NCBI GenBank assembly: GCA_023245435.1
Contig: JAHFKH010000002.1
Coordinates: 1-45,725 of the forward strand
Source: Candidatus Shapirobacteria bacterium
GTDB taxonomy: Bacteria > Patescibacteriota > Microgenomatia > UBA12405
Direction of reading: 5' to 3'
DNA length: 45,725 bases
Shown: positions 9,296-18,763 of the stretch, one piece after another
Layout: each line of letters begins with the position of its first letter
How positions within the stretch are numbered: position 1 is the first letter of the stretch
Notes under the pieces: generated by a model
The model's input: only the letters and a program-made list of their open reading frames with translations
The model's database searches: none
What the model was told of the DNA's origin: nothing
Translations under genes and position numbers: made by a program

Positions 9296-9297
9296 AT

Positions 9298-11430
9298 TTA
9301 TTTTTTAATTTTTTTAAACAGATTTTTAATAAAAATGGTTATTTTAGCAATTAAGTTTTTTTCTTTAATCCGTAAAGAATCACAAATAACCAGTAAAAAT
9401 GGTAAAAGACAAATTACTAAAAACATACTAATCAAAGCCCCTCGACCAATTAATCTCCCCATATCGCCAATTGCCGCGATCGAAACTACCAAATAAAGAC
9501 CGTAACCAACCATAGTTAATACCGTCCCCGAGGTCATAATTGATACCAAACTACTCTTGATGGCACTAATCGCTGACAGTATTGGTGCTTTGCCATCTTT
9601 TCTTTCCAGTAAATAATAGTTAGTCAATAGAATGGCATAATCCACTGTCGCCCCCAATTGAATGCTACTGACCATTAAGTACCCTAAAAAAACCATAGTG
9701 TTGCCATAAAGAAAAGGCAAAGCCATATTAATATAAATAGCGGCTTTGATCGGAATTAATACCACTAAGGTTAATATTAAGGATTGAAAAGAAAATAAAA
9801 TTACTAAAGCTACCCCTAAAAGGGAAATTTTGTCTACTGTACCATAATCAGAAAGAATCACCTCTTTCATATCTTTGGTGGCTGGGGTTGTTCCTAATAA
9901 ATAAGTATCTTGGAAGTAGTATTTCTTGATAATATTTTTAATTTCTTCAATCCGGTCAAAAGCAAAATTACTTTCTGGTTCAAAACTTAAATCGACAATT
10001 AAACGGGAATATTTAGCACTGTGCAGTTGACTGGTCAAGCTTTCCGGTAAAATACTTTCAGGTATGCCCGTCGGTAAGGTTTTGGCCAAAGAAGTAACTG
10101 ATTTAACAAAATCTAATTTATCTAGTTCATCTGATAACTGCTTTTCTTTGACTTGGTTTTCGTTGGGAATCATTATTAGTAAAGAATTACTTTCCCCAAA
10201 GACGGCCTTAATTGCTTGTTGATCTTCGTAGACCACAGTTCCCTTACCTCCACCAATAGCGGTAGTGCCAAATTTAAAATTATTCATTCCTTGGGAAAAA
10301 TAGGCTGGAATTACCAAGATAAATACCATTATTGCAATTACTTTTCTCGCCCCAAAAATTTTGTTTATTAATTTATCAAGGTTGGGTACAAACGGTTTAT
10401 GCTTGGTTTTTTCGATTAATTTATCCCAACGGATAATCAGAGCTGGCATCAATAAAATAACCGACAGTAAACTCCAAAACATTCCTTTGGCTAATACCAA
10501 CCCCATGTCTTTACCAATAGAAAATTTCATTAGAGCTAAAGCCAAAAAACCGATGGTGGCCGTGGCGGCAGCAGACAGAATTGACGGCAGGATTTTATTA
10601 AGAACATTAGACAGGGTTTTTTCCATACCTAAGCCTTTGGTTTTTTCATTAGAAAAAGCATGCAGAAGAAAAACAGAATAATCCATGGCTACCGCCAATT
10701 GTAAAATGGAAGCCACACTTACCGATAAAAAAGAGATTTCCCCAAAAATAAGATTACTGCCCATGTTTAAAATAATGGCTATCCCCATAGTCAACATAAA
10801 CATCACTGGCTCAAACCAAGAGTTAGTAGTCAAAATAAGCACCACAAAAATCAACACAATTGTTCCAGTCATGATTTTAGGGATCTCGGCATTTAAAGCA
10901 TCACCTAAATTTTTGTTGTCGACAGCCGGGCCGGTAAAATGGCCTTTATTACCAATTATTTTTTTGATGTTATTAATGGCCTGATAAGTCTTGGGGTCAG
11001 AATCTCCTTTATCGAAAGTTACATTCAGCAGGGCATGATCGTCTTTATAGTAATCATCCAAATTTTGCATTTCCAGATAATCACTGCCAACATTAATTTG
11101 TCCTGTACTACCAGCCCAAATAACTGAATCTACTCCGTCAATTCTTTCAATTTGGTCTACATAATTTTTGGTTTCGTAGATGGTAATATTATCGATCATG
11201 ACCCTGGCTGATCCCGGATAGCTAAACTCTTTTTCCATTATTTTTATTCCCTGTTTAGTGGGAGTCCATGCCGGTAGATATTTAGTCAAATCGTAGTTAG
11301 TCCCTACAAATAAGCTACAAATAGCGGCAATAACCGTCATCGACAAAAATACTTTTTCAATTAGTTTCTGCTTATGGACGATAAAGCCCGCCACTATTTC
11401 TCCAAATTTTTTCTTAGGGACTTTACTCAT
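9298..11430 (-). CDS. MMPL/RND-superfamily membrane transporter
   Basis: Two repeats, each with one TM helix, a large loop and a 5-TM bundle, as in MMPL proteins. ATG at 11430 (MSKVPKKKFGE...); the track's 11502 start is a non-hydrophobic extension that runs into the divergent promoter. Confidence 0.8.
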   Translation of the reverse strand: MSKVPKKKFGEIVAGFIVHKQKLIEKVFLSMTVIAAICSLFVGTNYDLTKYLPAWTPTKQGIKIMEKEFSYPGSARVMIDNITIYETKNYVDQIERIDGVDSVIWAGSTGQINVGSDYLEMQNLDDYYKDDHALLNVTFDKGDSDPKTYQAINNIKKIIGNKGHFTGPAVDNKNLGDALNAEIPKIMTGTIVLIFVVLILTTNSWFEPVMFMLTMGIAIILNMGSNLIFGEISFLSVSVASILQLAVAMDYSVFLLHAFSNEKTKGLGMEKTLSNVLNKILPSILSAAATATIGFLALALMKFSIGKDMGLVLAKGMFWSLLSVILLMPALIIRWDKLIEKTKHKPFVPNLDKLINKIFGARKVIAIMVFILVIPAYFSQGMNNFKFGTTAIGGGKGTVVYEDQQAIKAVFGESNSLLIMIPNENQVKEKQLSDELDKLDFVKSVTSLAKTLPTGIPESILPESLTSQLHSAKYSRLIVDLSFEPESNFAFDRIEEIKNIIKKYYFQDTYLLGTTPATKDMKEVILSDYGTVDKISLLGVALVILFSFQSLILTLVVLIPIKAAIYINMALPFLYGNTMVFLGYLMVSSIQLGATVDYAILLTNYYLLERKDGKAPILSAISAIKSSLVSIMTSGTVLTMVGYGLYLVVSIAAIGDMGRLIGRGALISMFLVICLLPFLLVICDSLRIKEKNLIAKITIFIKNLFKKIKK

Positions 11431-11533
11431 ATGTTGATTTTTATACCAATGGGGGTTATGATACAGTTGTATCCGGTAATAGACAATGGCTAATTCAGCC
11501 AAAATTGTGTTTTATTACTCAATTAAACCAATA

Positions 11534-12121
11534 ATGACCAAAAACGCTAAAAAAGACCGAAGAATCGGCAGAACCAAAAAAATGATCAAAGCGGCGCTTC
11601 TCGACCTGCTACAAGGACAAAAAATTAATCAAATTTCGATTACCGAGCTTTGTGACCAGGCTGATATTAACCGAAAAACTTTCTATAACCACTATTCGGA
11701 TATCAGAGGTGTTATTGACGAAATTGAGGATGATTATATTAGTAAATATCTCTCTTACCTTGATAAGGAAAATATCCTCTATGATTTAGCTGATCCTTAT
11801 CCCTTTATTCGTCGTCTAACCGATGAAATTGAACAAAATGCCAATATTTACCTTATGGTCACTAAAACAGATGAGAGTCTTTATTTAAAAGAGAAAATCA
11901 AAAATCAGTTATCAAAACATTTAAATATAATTTCTCAACAAAAACCCCAAATTGACCGCGAGTTTTTTCTTTTTTATATTGATTTCATTACTGCTGGTAT
12001 TGCCGCTGTTTATGAACAATGGCTTGTCTCCAACAAACAAATGAATAAAGAAAAGCTCTCTAAATTAATTTGTGAAGTAGTTAGCAATGGCAGTAAAATT
12101 GTCATTCAAAGCTTAACTTAA
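11534..12121 (+). CDS. TetR/AcrR family transcriptional regulator
   Basis: N-terminal HTH RTKKMIKAALLDLLQGQKINQISITELCDQADINRKTFYNHYSD. Divergent from the MMPL operon. ATG at 11534 is preferred over the 11486 extension. Confidence 0.85.
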   Translation: MTKNAKKDRRIGRTKKMIKAALLDLLQGQKINQISITELCDQADINRKTFYNHYSDIRGVIDEIEDDYISKYLSYLDKENILYDLADPYPFIRRLTDEIEQNANIYLMVTKTDESLYLKEKIKNQLSKHLNIISQQKPQIDREFFLFYIDFITAGIAAVYEQWLVSNKQMNKEKLSKLICEVVSNGSKIVIQSLT

Positions 12122-12157
12122 AATAGTAATCTAACCAAAAGATTCTAAAATAATCAA

Positions 12158-12796
12158 ATGATTATCAACAAAAAACTGACCAATCAACTTAAAAAAATTC
12201 AGAAAAAATTAAAAGTTCCCCACCTCTCACTTGATGTTCTAGAGGATTTAAATACTGAAACTAAAAAGATTTTTGATGAATCAATAAAATATTTAATGGT
12301 GAAACGCGATCTTTTAAAAAAGGTCGATGTTCGGCGTGATTATTTAAAACTTTGGAAACATAAAGAGAAACAAATTACTTTGCCGATTAATTGGCGATAT
12401 CTCTTAAGTGCTCCTTTTATTTATAGCATGATTATTCCGGCTTTAATTTGGCATCTTGGTTTGGAAATTTATCATCAAATCTGTTTTAGACTCTACAGTA
12501 TTCCTCTGGTTAAAGCCAAAGAATATTTTATTTATGATCGGCAGCTGCTTTCTTTTTTGAATCCCTGGGAAAAAATCAATTGCTATTACTGTTCTTACGT
12601 TAATAATTTGATCCGTTACAGTTCTGAAATCGGTGCTCGGACAGAACGTTATTGGTGTCCGATTAAGTATGCCCGACGAATAGGCAAAACCCATTCTCAA
12701 TATGCTAAATTTGTCGATATTAAGGGCCAAAAACAGTTTCGGGAAGAATGGAACAAACTCCGCGACTTTTCTGATATTAGTCTTAAAAATAACTAA
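12158..12796 (+). CDS. conserved hypothetical membrane protein with Cys-containing C-terminal motif
   Basis: 212-aa ORF with one central TM segment (LLSAPFIYSMIIPALIWHLGL). Its C-terminus reads EKINCYYCSYVNN...TERYWCPIKYA. I cannot name the family. Confidence 0.6.
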   Translation: MIINKKLTNQLKKIQKKLKVPHLSLDVLEDLNTETKKIFDESIKYLMVKRDLLKKVDVRRDYLKLWKHKEKQITLPINWRYLLSAPFIYSMIIPALIWHLGLEIYHQICFRLYSIPLVKAKEYFIYDRQLLSFLNPWEKINCYYCSYVNNLIRYSSEIGARTERYWCPIKYARRIGKTHSQYAKFVDIKGQKQFREEWNKLRDFSDISLKNN

Positions 12797-12798
12797 TC

Positions 12799-13929
12799 AT
12801 GGCAGATATGGAATTTAAACTTACCAAAAATAGAACCATTGGCAATTCAACTATCTGGTTACCGATGGCTACCATATTTTTGGTGGTATTTATGGCAGTA
12901 ATTACTATTTGGTTTCTCAAAGGAGGCTCTTTTCGACTTTATGCCAGTTTATTCTTCGGACTATATTCCATTGTTGGCCAAGTTTGGATAGCTGTATTAT
13001 TGCTAGGGCTTACTCAAACTATAGTTTTTATGCCCCTTCATCTCTTATCCGAACGCTTTTCCAACAGAATCGAAGATTTTGAAGATGAGCTTGAAAAAAC
13101 TAAAGAAGACCAACAATATATTTTATTCAAAGAAAAAGTCAAAAAAGGTGATTGGTCAATAATATTTTATATTCTCAATTTTGTTATTAATGCCATTGCT
13201 TTTTTATCAGCTGGAAGAATATTTTTAATCGATTTTTACAACCAGAAATTAAATCCGCATTACTTATACCACTTTATTCCATACCCTAACTATCCTTTGA
13301 AAGGCACACTTTTTAAATTGCCAATGTTCAAGGTAACCGGAACGATGGCCTGGGAATGGAAAAATATTATGTTGTTTTGGCTGTCTTTTATAGTCGTTGC
13401 CTTAGTGTTGCGATTATTATGGCGTTTTGTTAAACCAATTTTGAGTGGAAATAAAAAAATATTATCTCTAAGAATTAACCGAAATAAATTTTTAGCCTGG
13501 ATTGGAGGAGGAACCGGAGTCTTGTTAGTAGCATCGACTTTCATTTTGAGACATATTCCCACCGGTTTAGCCCCTCTAATGTTGGCAGCCGATTTAACTA
13601 GGCAAAACACCACCATGAATACTGTTACTGCCATTGGCACCTTCATTATTACTTTTCATTTTGGTTATCAACATAATAAAAAAGAAAGAAAGGAAGCAGA
13701 ACTAGCCAAAGTTCCAGAAGAAATAATTGAAAAAGTTAGTCAGCAGCATTTAAAAAACACTTTAAGAAATGCCGTGATTTTGGCCCTAGGAGCCTTCTTC
13801 TTAACTAATCAGATTCCCTGTGCCTTTGAATTATCTGTGGCTACATTTGAATTATTGGCGATGATAACTCCCTATTTTGAAAAAAGTATTATCCGAAAAA
13901 CGGTAACTTTAAATAGCGGGACCGAATAA
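12799..13929 (+). CDS. multi-pass membrane protein of unknown function (weak YidC/Oxa1-like layout)
   Basis: 376-aa ORF starting 2 nt after the previous stop. A TM helix is followed by a charged amphipathic stretch (EDFEDELEKTKEDQQYILFKEKVKKGD) and further TM helices. The resemblance to insertases is only architectural. Confidence 0.55.
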   Translation: MADMEFKLTKNRTIGNSTIWLPMATIFLVVFMAVITIWFLKGGSFRLYASLFFGLYSIVGQVWIAVLLLGLTQTIVFMPLHLLSERFSNRIEDFEDELEKTKEDQQYILFKEKVKKGDWSIIFYILNFVINAIAFLSAGRIFLIDFYNQKLNPHYLYHFIPYPNYPLKGTLFKLPMFKVTGTMAWEWKNIMLFWLSFIVVALVLRLLWRFVKPILSGNKKILSLRINRNKFLAWIGGGTGVLLVASTFILRHIPTGLAPLMLAADLTRQNTTMNTVTAIGTFIITFHFGYQHNKKERKEAELAKVPEEIIEKVSQQHLKNTLRNAVILALGAFFLTNQIPCAFELSVATFELLAMITPYFEKSIIRKTVTLNSGTE

Positions 13930-14005
13930 TATGGTATAAAATTGTATATCCTAGAAAAAGTGACCGTTAACATTGCTATTTGAAATTTAATAATTTTATA
14001 TCTAT

Positions 14006-14623
14006 ATGAAATACAACGAACTTGCTTCTCAAGCTTCACTTGCAAAAGCTGTTACTGAACTTCAAAATAAAGGCTATCAAATCTTTGTTGTTAAAAATAG
14101 ATCCGAAGCTCTGGACAAAATTAAAGAGATTATTCCTCAAGGTGCTTCGGTTATGAATGGGGCCTCAGTGACCTTGGAACAAATTGGCTTTGTCGATTAT
14201 TTAAAATCTAATGAACATGGTTGGAACAATTTACATGCCGCCATTGTTGCTGAAACTGATCCTCAAAAACAGACCAAACTTCGTCAGCAGGCCATTCACG
14301 CCGACTACTATTTAGGCAGTGTTCACGCTTTAATTGAAAATGGTGAATTTCTTATTGCCAGCAATACCGGCAGCCAACTACCCCACATTGTCTTTACCTC
14401 TCCTAATTTAGTTTTTGTGGTCAGCACCAAAAAAATTGTCCCCGACTTTAATGAAGCCATGACCCGTATTACCGACTATGTTGTCCCTTTAGAAGACGTC
14501 CATATGCAGGAAAAATATCACGTCAACACCCAATTAAATAAAATTGTTATTTTTAAAAACGAAAATCAGATGATGGGTCGAAAAGTTACTTTTTTGCTGG
14601 TAGAAGAAGATGTCGGCTTCTAA
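14006..14623 (+). CDS. LUD-domain (LutC/YkgG-like) protein
   Basis: The C-terminal pattern ADYYLGSVHALIENGEFLIASNTGSQLPHIVFTSPNLVFVVSTKKIVPDFNEA resembles the LUD/DUF162 core. Confidence 0.6.
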   Translation: MKYNELASQASLAKAVTELQNKGYQIFVVKNRSEALDKIKEIIPQGASVMNGASVTLEQIGFVDYLKSNEHGWNNLHAAIVAETDPQKQTKLRQQAIHADYYLGSVHALIENGEFLIASNTGSQLPHIVFTSPNLVFVVSTKKIVPDFNEAMTRITDYVVPLEDVHMQEKYHVNTQLNKIVIFKNENQMMGRKVTFLLVEEDVGF

Positions 14624-15308
14624 TAAAAAAGTCGTCATTGCTAAAAACGGCCCCTATTTAGTCTCGGGGAATTTACCTCTATCTAAAGAAATCTCCACGC
14701 TTGGAGAAGAGGGTCAGCCCGAAACCTGGGTTAAAGGCAAAGAATATCCTAAACAGAAAAATTATGCTTTATGCCGCTGCGGCCACTCTCAAAACAAGCC
14801 CTATTGCGATGGTACTCATACCAAAATAAATTTTGATGGTCGGGAAACCGCGGATAGAAAACCATATCTAAATCAAGCCGATAAATTAACCGGCCCCGAT
14901 CTCGATTTAACCGATGCTCCGGTTTTTTGTTCTGGAGCTAGATTCTGTCATCTTTCTGGTGGTACGTGGAATAATGTTGATAATTCCGATGATCCTCAAG
15001 CTAAAAAGAATGCCATCCAAAGTGCCGATAATTGTCCTTCCGGTAGATTGGTAACTTGGGAAAAAAGTGGCAAAGTTATCGCCCCAAAATTTGATCCTGA
15101 AATTACTTTGACTGAAGATCCACAGGCCGAAGTCAGCGGTCCAATTCGGCTAAAAGGCGGTATTCCCTTGGAGTCTGAAGATGGCCAAAAATATGAAATC
15201 AGGAATCAGGCCACTCTCTGTCGCTGTGGCCATTCTCAAAATAAACCTTTTTGTGATGGTTCCCATATTGACGCTAATTTTAATGATGGTGACGACAGTT
15301 TAAGATAA
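14610..15308 (+). CDS. CDGSH iron-sulfur domain protein (two CDGSH motifs)
   Basis: CRCGHSQNKPYCDGTH and CRCGHSQNKPFCDGSH. Its start overlaps the LUD gene by 14 nt. Confidence 0.9.
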   Translation: MSASNKKVVIAKNGPYLVSGNLPLSKEISTLGEEGQPETWVKGKEYPKQKNYALCRCGHSQNKPYCDGTHTKINFDGRETADRKPYLNQADKLTGPDLDLTDAPVFCSGARFCHLSGGTWNNVDNSDDPQAKKNAIQSADNCPSGRLVTWEKSGKVIAPKFDPEITLTEDPQAEVSGPIRLKGGIPLESEDGQKYEIRNQATLCRCGHSQNKPFCDGSHIDANFNDGDDSLR

Positions 15309-15312
15309 TTAT

Positions 15313-15636
15313 ATGGAAGACAAAGATTTAACTCCGCTATCTGAAACAGAAATTCTTTCCCGTTTAACTCTCTTGCCGGCTTGGCAATACGAATCTGACA
15401 AAATTGCTAAAACTTTTGAGTTTGCTTCTTTTACCGATGCTATTCAATTTATTAATGGCCTGGTTGGTTTTTGTAATTTTTTAGATCATCATCCTGACAT
15501 CAATATTAGCTATAAAAAGATCACTTTTGAACTAACCCGTTTCAGTGTTGGCGGTAAAGTTACTGCTCGGGATTTTACCGTCGCTGAGAAAATTGAAGAT
15601 GATTTCCAAAATTACTCTCACCGAAAAGTTAACTAA
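15313..15636 (+). CDS. pterin-4a-carbinolamine dehydratase (PCD/DCoH) family protein
   Basis: The pattern ...W....d.i...F.F..F..A..F...V......DHHPD....Y..V...L.T includes the DHHPDI motif. Confidence 0.85.
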   Translation: MEDKDLTPLSETEILSRLTLLPAWQYESDKIAKTFEFASFTDAIQFINGLVGFCNFLDHHPDINISYKKITFELTRFSVGGKVTARDFTVAEKIEDDFQNYSHRKVN

Positions 15637-16427
15637 AAGTTTCTCCACCAACCCTGGGCAACTTTTATATAATTTAGGACATATTTTTCCAAAAATCGTC
15701 TGACATTTTTATTTGCTATCTCTTTAATTTTATTTTTTAGCTCTTTAAGATTAGTAACCTTAGTAATTTGGCCAATAATTCGATAATCTCTTGGCAACAA
15801 ACCTTCCCTTCGACCTATTTCCTGAGCAATTTCTACACCCTCGACTACATATTCTTTAAAAGCATTTACCGAATTACGTTTTTCATATTTGAGAAGATCT
15901 TTTAACTGTTTAAGCGGTATCTTTTTGGTTTCTTTTTCAGTAAAAAGATTGTTTAAGAAAATTTCCACTCCAAATTTAGTTTTGGCCATTTTTCCAAGAT
16001 AAGGAACTAAATCTTTTTTGTAGTACACCCTTTCGCCGGTTAAATCTGAAAGAACATTCTGCATCCACCCGTTTGATGGGTACCCCAAAACAACTTTAAC
16101 CTTACCTTCTAACACAGGCTCTAGAAGGGTCTTTAGATGATTATCGGAGAGATTGGTTAGATCGGCATCAATAAAAGTGACTACCTCACCCTTAGCCTTT
16201 TTTATGCCCTCAACCAAAGCGTAACTTTTGCCTCTGTTTTTCTCAAAATTAATCAATTGAATACTATTTTCAAACTTTTTCAAAATTTCCAAACTATTAT
16301 CAGTCGATCCGTCATTTATGCAAATAACTTCATCAATTAAAGGATTTTTTAATAAAACTTCGATGACGCCAGCCACGGTCTTTTCCTCATTGAAAACCGG
16401 GACTATAGCTGAAACAAATTTTTTCAT
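15633..16427 (-). CDS. glycosyltransferase family 2
   Basis: AIVPVFNEEKTV, INDGSTDNS and the DxD-like IDADL. ATGA overlap with the downstream methyltransferase gene. Confidence 0.85.
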   Translation of the reverse strand: MKKFVSAIVPVFNEEKTVAGVIEVLLKNPLIDEVICINDGSTDNSLEILKKFENSIQLINFEKNRGKSYALVEGIKKAKGEVVTFIDADLTNLSDNHLKTLLEPVLEGKVKVVLGYPSNGWMQNVLSDLTGERVYYKKDLVPYLGKMAKTKFGVEIFLNNLFTEKETKKIPLKQLKDLLKYEKRNSVNAFKEYVVEGVEIAQEIGRREGLLPRDYRIIGQITKVTNLKELKNKIKEIANKNVRRFLEKYVLNYIKVAQGWWRNF

Positions 16428-17056
16428 TTTATATCTTTAAAAAAGACAGTAATAATATCTTCCCCAAAATCTTTGGTTTCCCTTTTAATTGATGGGGGAA
16501 TGACCTCAAAACCACATTCAATTTGATCAAGAAGTTGGTGGCGTGTAGAAAAATATTCAACTTTAAAATCACTAGTACCATCTTTTTCACTCCATTCTGC
16601 CAGACATCTTTTTAAGGAATAAATTAAACCACTCCCAGTTTCCTCTTTTTTCCCGGGTTCACAAATAACAAACACTCTTTTGGTTGCAGAAAAACAGTTT
16701 TTAATAAATCTCTTTCTTTCATCTGGTTTTAGATGGTGAAGGACGTCGCAGACAACAACCACATCTGCTGGATAATAACAATTTGGTTCAAGAACATTAC
16801 CCAGACGAACATTTAAACCCCTTTCCAGAGCATAACTAAGAAATTCCTCATTAGTGTCAAAACCACTATATAGAAATCCTTTAGGTAGAAAATTTGCCAA
16901 TATTGCCGGTCCACAGGCTGGTTCCAAAACTAAGTCGCCCTTCTTGGCAAAACTTGTCATATATTGATAACGTTTAGCAAAATTAGTTCCATGGATCCAG
17001 TTAAGACCCCAAATATATAGCTGGGGATATTTATAAAAAATGCTTTTTTTACTCAT
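16424..17056 (-). CDS. class I SAM-dependent methyltransferase
   Basis: Motif I VLEPACGPA and an acidic post-I residue (SGFDTN). Rossmann-like alternation of strands and helices. Confidence 0.75.
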   Translation of the reverse strand: MSKKSIFYKYPQLYIWGLNWIHGTNFAKRYQYMTSFAKKGDLVLEPACGPAILANFLPKGFLYSGFDTNEEFLSYALERGLNVRLGNVLEPNCYYPADVVVVCDVLHHLKPDERKRFIKNCFSATKRVFVICEPGKKEETGSGLIYSLKRCLAEWSEKDGTSDFKVEYFSTRHQLLDQIECGFEVIPPSIKRETKDFGEDIITVFFKDIK

Positions 17057-17764
17057 TTATTTTCCTAATCTCCTTTGACGATTTTGAAATTCTAAAATGG
17101 CAATATCCAATTGGGTTTTGTCAAAGTCCGGCCAATAAACTTTAGGAAAATACAATTCTGAGTAAGTTGCTTGCCAAGGAAGAAAGTTTGATAGACGTTG
17201 TTCGCCCGATGTTCTGACAATAAAATCAGGATCAGGTAGACCAGCTGTATCTAGATTTCGACTTATTAATTCCTCTGTAATTTCTTCAAGTTTAATTCCT
17301 AAAGCTGTTAATTTCCGAAAACTTCTAATAATCTCATCTCTGCCTCCATAGCTTAAAGCCACATTAACAATTGTTTTTTGATTATCTTTTGTCAAATTTT
17401 TGGCTTTCTCTAAAACTTTTTGCAAAGAAGTTGGCAATCTTTCAAAGTTACCTAAAATTCTTATTTTCATCCCTCGTTTGTTAGCCTCTTTCATTTTATG
17501 AATAGCAAAATTCTCAAAAAGTTCCATTAAATATGAAACTTCCCTTTCAGATCTTTTCCAATTCTCAGTAGAAAAAGCATATATGGTAACAATTTTTATA
17601 CCTAAATCCTGAGCATATTTTATGATTTCTTCAATTCGCTCTACCCCTTTCTTATGACCCATAAAAGTGGCTAAGCCTTTTTCTTTTGCCCAACGCCGAT
17701 TCCCATCAACAATGAAACCAATGTGATACGGTAATCCTTTTCGACTAGGAGATATTTTATCCAT
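17057..17764 (-). CDS. uppS: isoprenyl transferase (undecaprenyl diphosphate synthase)
   Basis: HIGFIVDGNRRWAK, AFSTENWKR, and RTSGEQRLSNFLPWQ...E. These are hallmark cis-prenyltransferase motifs. Confidence 0.95.
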   Translation of the reverse strand: MDKISPSRKGLPYHIGFIVDGNRRWAKEKGLATFMGHKKGVERIEEIIKYAQDLGIKIVTIYAFSTENWKRSEREVSYLMELFENFAIHKMKEANKRGMKIRILGNFERLPTSLQKVLEKAKNLTKDNQKTIVNVALSYGGRDEIIRSFRKLTALGIKLEEITEELISRNLDTAGLPDPDFIVRTSGEQRLSNFLPWQATYSELYFPKVYWPDFDKTQLDIAILEFQNRQRRLGK

Positions 17765-17793
17765 CTATTTAATTTCTAAATTGTTCGGTCATA

Positions 17794-18042
17794 TTAATAC
17801 AGACCACGACCGAGGAAAATAGTAATAATTGTACCGATAATAGCGACAATAAAACTATTGGTATTGAACTCCGTAATATTCAACCCCAAAGCAAAACTTG
17901 TGACACCACCACCCACCACGGCACCAACTATGCCCAAAACCACATTTGTTAAAGTATCAGAACGAGTCTTAGCGGTATCCATAACAACCGATGCAATTAA
18001 ACCCATTGCCAATCCTAAAGTTATCCAAATAATAATATTCAC
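17794..18042 (-). CDS. GlsB/YeaQ/YmgE family (transglycosylase-associated) small membrane protein
   Basis: 82 aa with three Gly-rich TM helices (IIWITLGLAMGLIAS, VLGIVGAVVGGG). GTG start. Confidence 0.7.
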   Translation of the reverse strand: MNIIIWITLGLAMGLIASVVMDTAKTRSDTLTNVVLGIVGAVVGGGVTSFALGLNITEFNTNSFIVAIIGTIITIFLGRGLY

Positions 18043-18045
18043 TGT

Positions 18046-18750
18046 TTATTTTTTGCTCGGATATCCAAACTTATAATTGAAAATATTTGAATATATCGGT
18101 CCTAATAAAACTAAATGTGCCTCAGCTGCCAGATATTTTGCAGAAATATTTAAACGGCCATCTTTATCTAATCTTCGAACCGATACTGGTATCCGGACAT
18201 TTTGAAGAAAGCCAAAGTTAGCGATTTTACTGGCTCTTAGAACATAATCGTGATCCTCTGCCAATTTTATTTTCTCGTTAAAACCGCCTATTGCTTGATG
18301 GATTTCTTTTTTAACAAAAATACAAAACCCCGGTGCATGAGGAAAAAACCTTTGAGTGGCTCCCATATACCAATTCACCGTACTATGCAGTAATTTATCA
18401 ATTTTTCTATCACTTAGAGGTTTTACTAAACAGGATGCCACCTCAAAATCTTGTGTTTTTATTTCTTTTATGGCTTTTTCCAAAAAGTCAGGTGGCAAAA
18501 TTACATCAGCATCTAAAAAAAGCAACCATTCACCTTGGGCAAACTTAGCTCCATTATTTCGGCCATTGGCTGGCATTCCCCCCGCAACCACTTTCGCTCC
18601 TGATTTTAAAGCGATCAAACGGGTGGCATCAATTGAATTATTATCAGCCACTATCACTTCAAAATCTTTAAAAGTTTGTTGTTTAAGCGACCCTAAAAGA
18701 TAAGGTAGATATTTTTCTTCATTGAAAGTCGGAATTATGACACTGAGCAT
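18046..18750 (-). CDS. glycosyltransferase family 2
   Basis: SVIIPTFNEEKYL, ADNNSIDAT and LDADV motifs. Confidence 0.85.
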   Translation of the reverse strand: MLSVIIPTFNEEKYLPYLLGSLKQQTFKDFEVIVADNNSIDATRLIALKSGAKVVAGGMPANGRNNGAKFAQGEWLLFLDADVILPPDFLEKAIKEIKTQDFEVASCLVKPLSDRKIDKLLHSTVNWYMGATQRFFPHAPGFCIFVKKEIHQAIGGFNEKIKLAEDHDYVLRASKIANFGFLQNVRIPVSVRRLDKDGRLNISAKYLAAEAHLVLLGPIYSNIFNYKFGYPSKK

Positions 18751-18763
18751 ATTTTTTTAAAAA

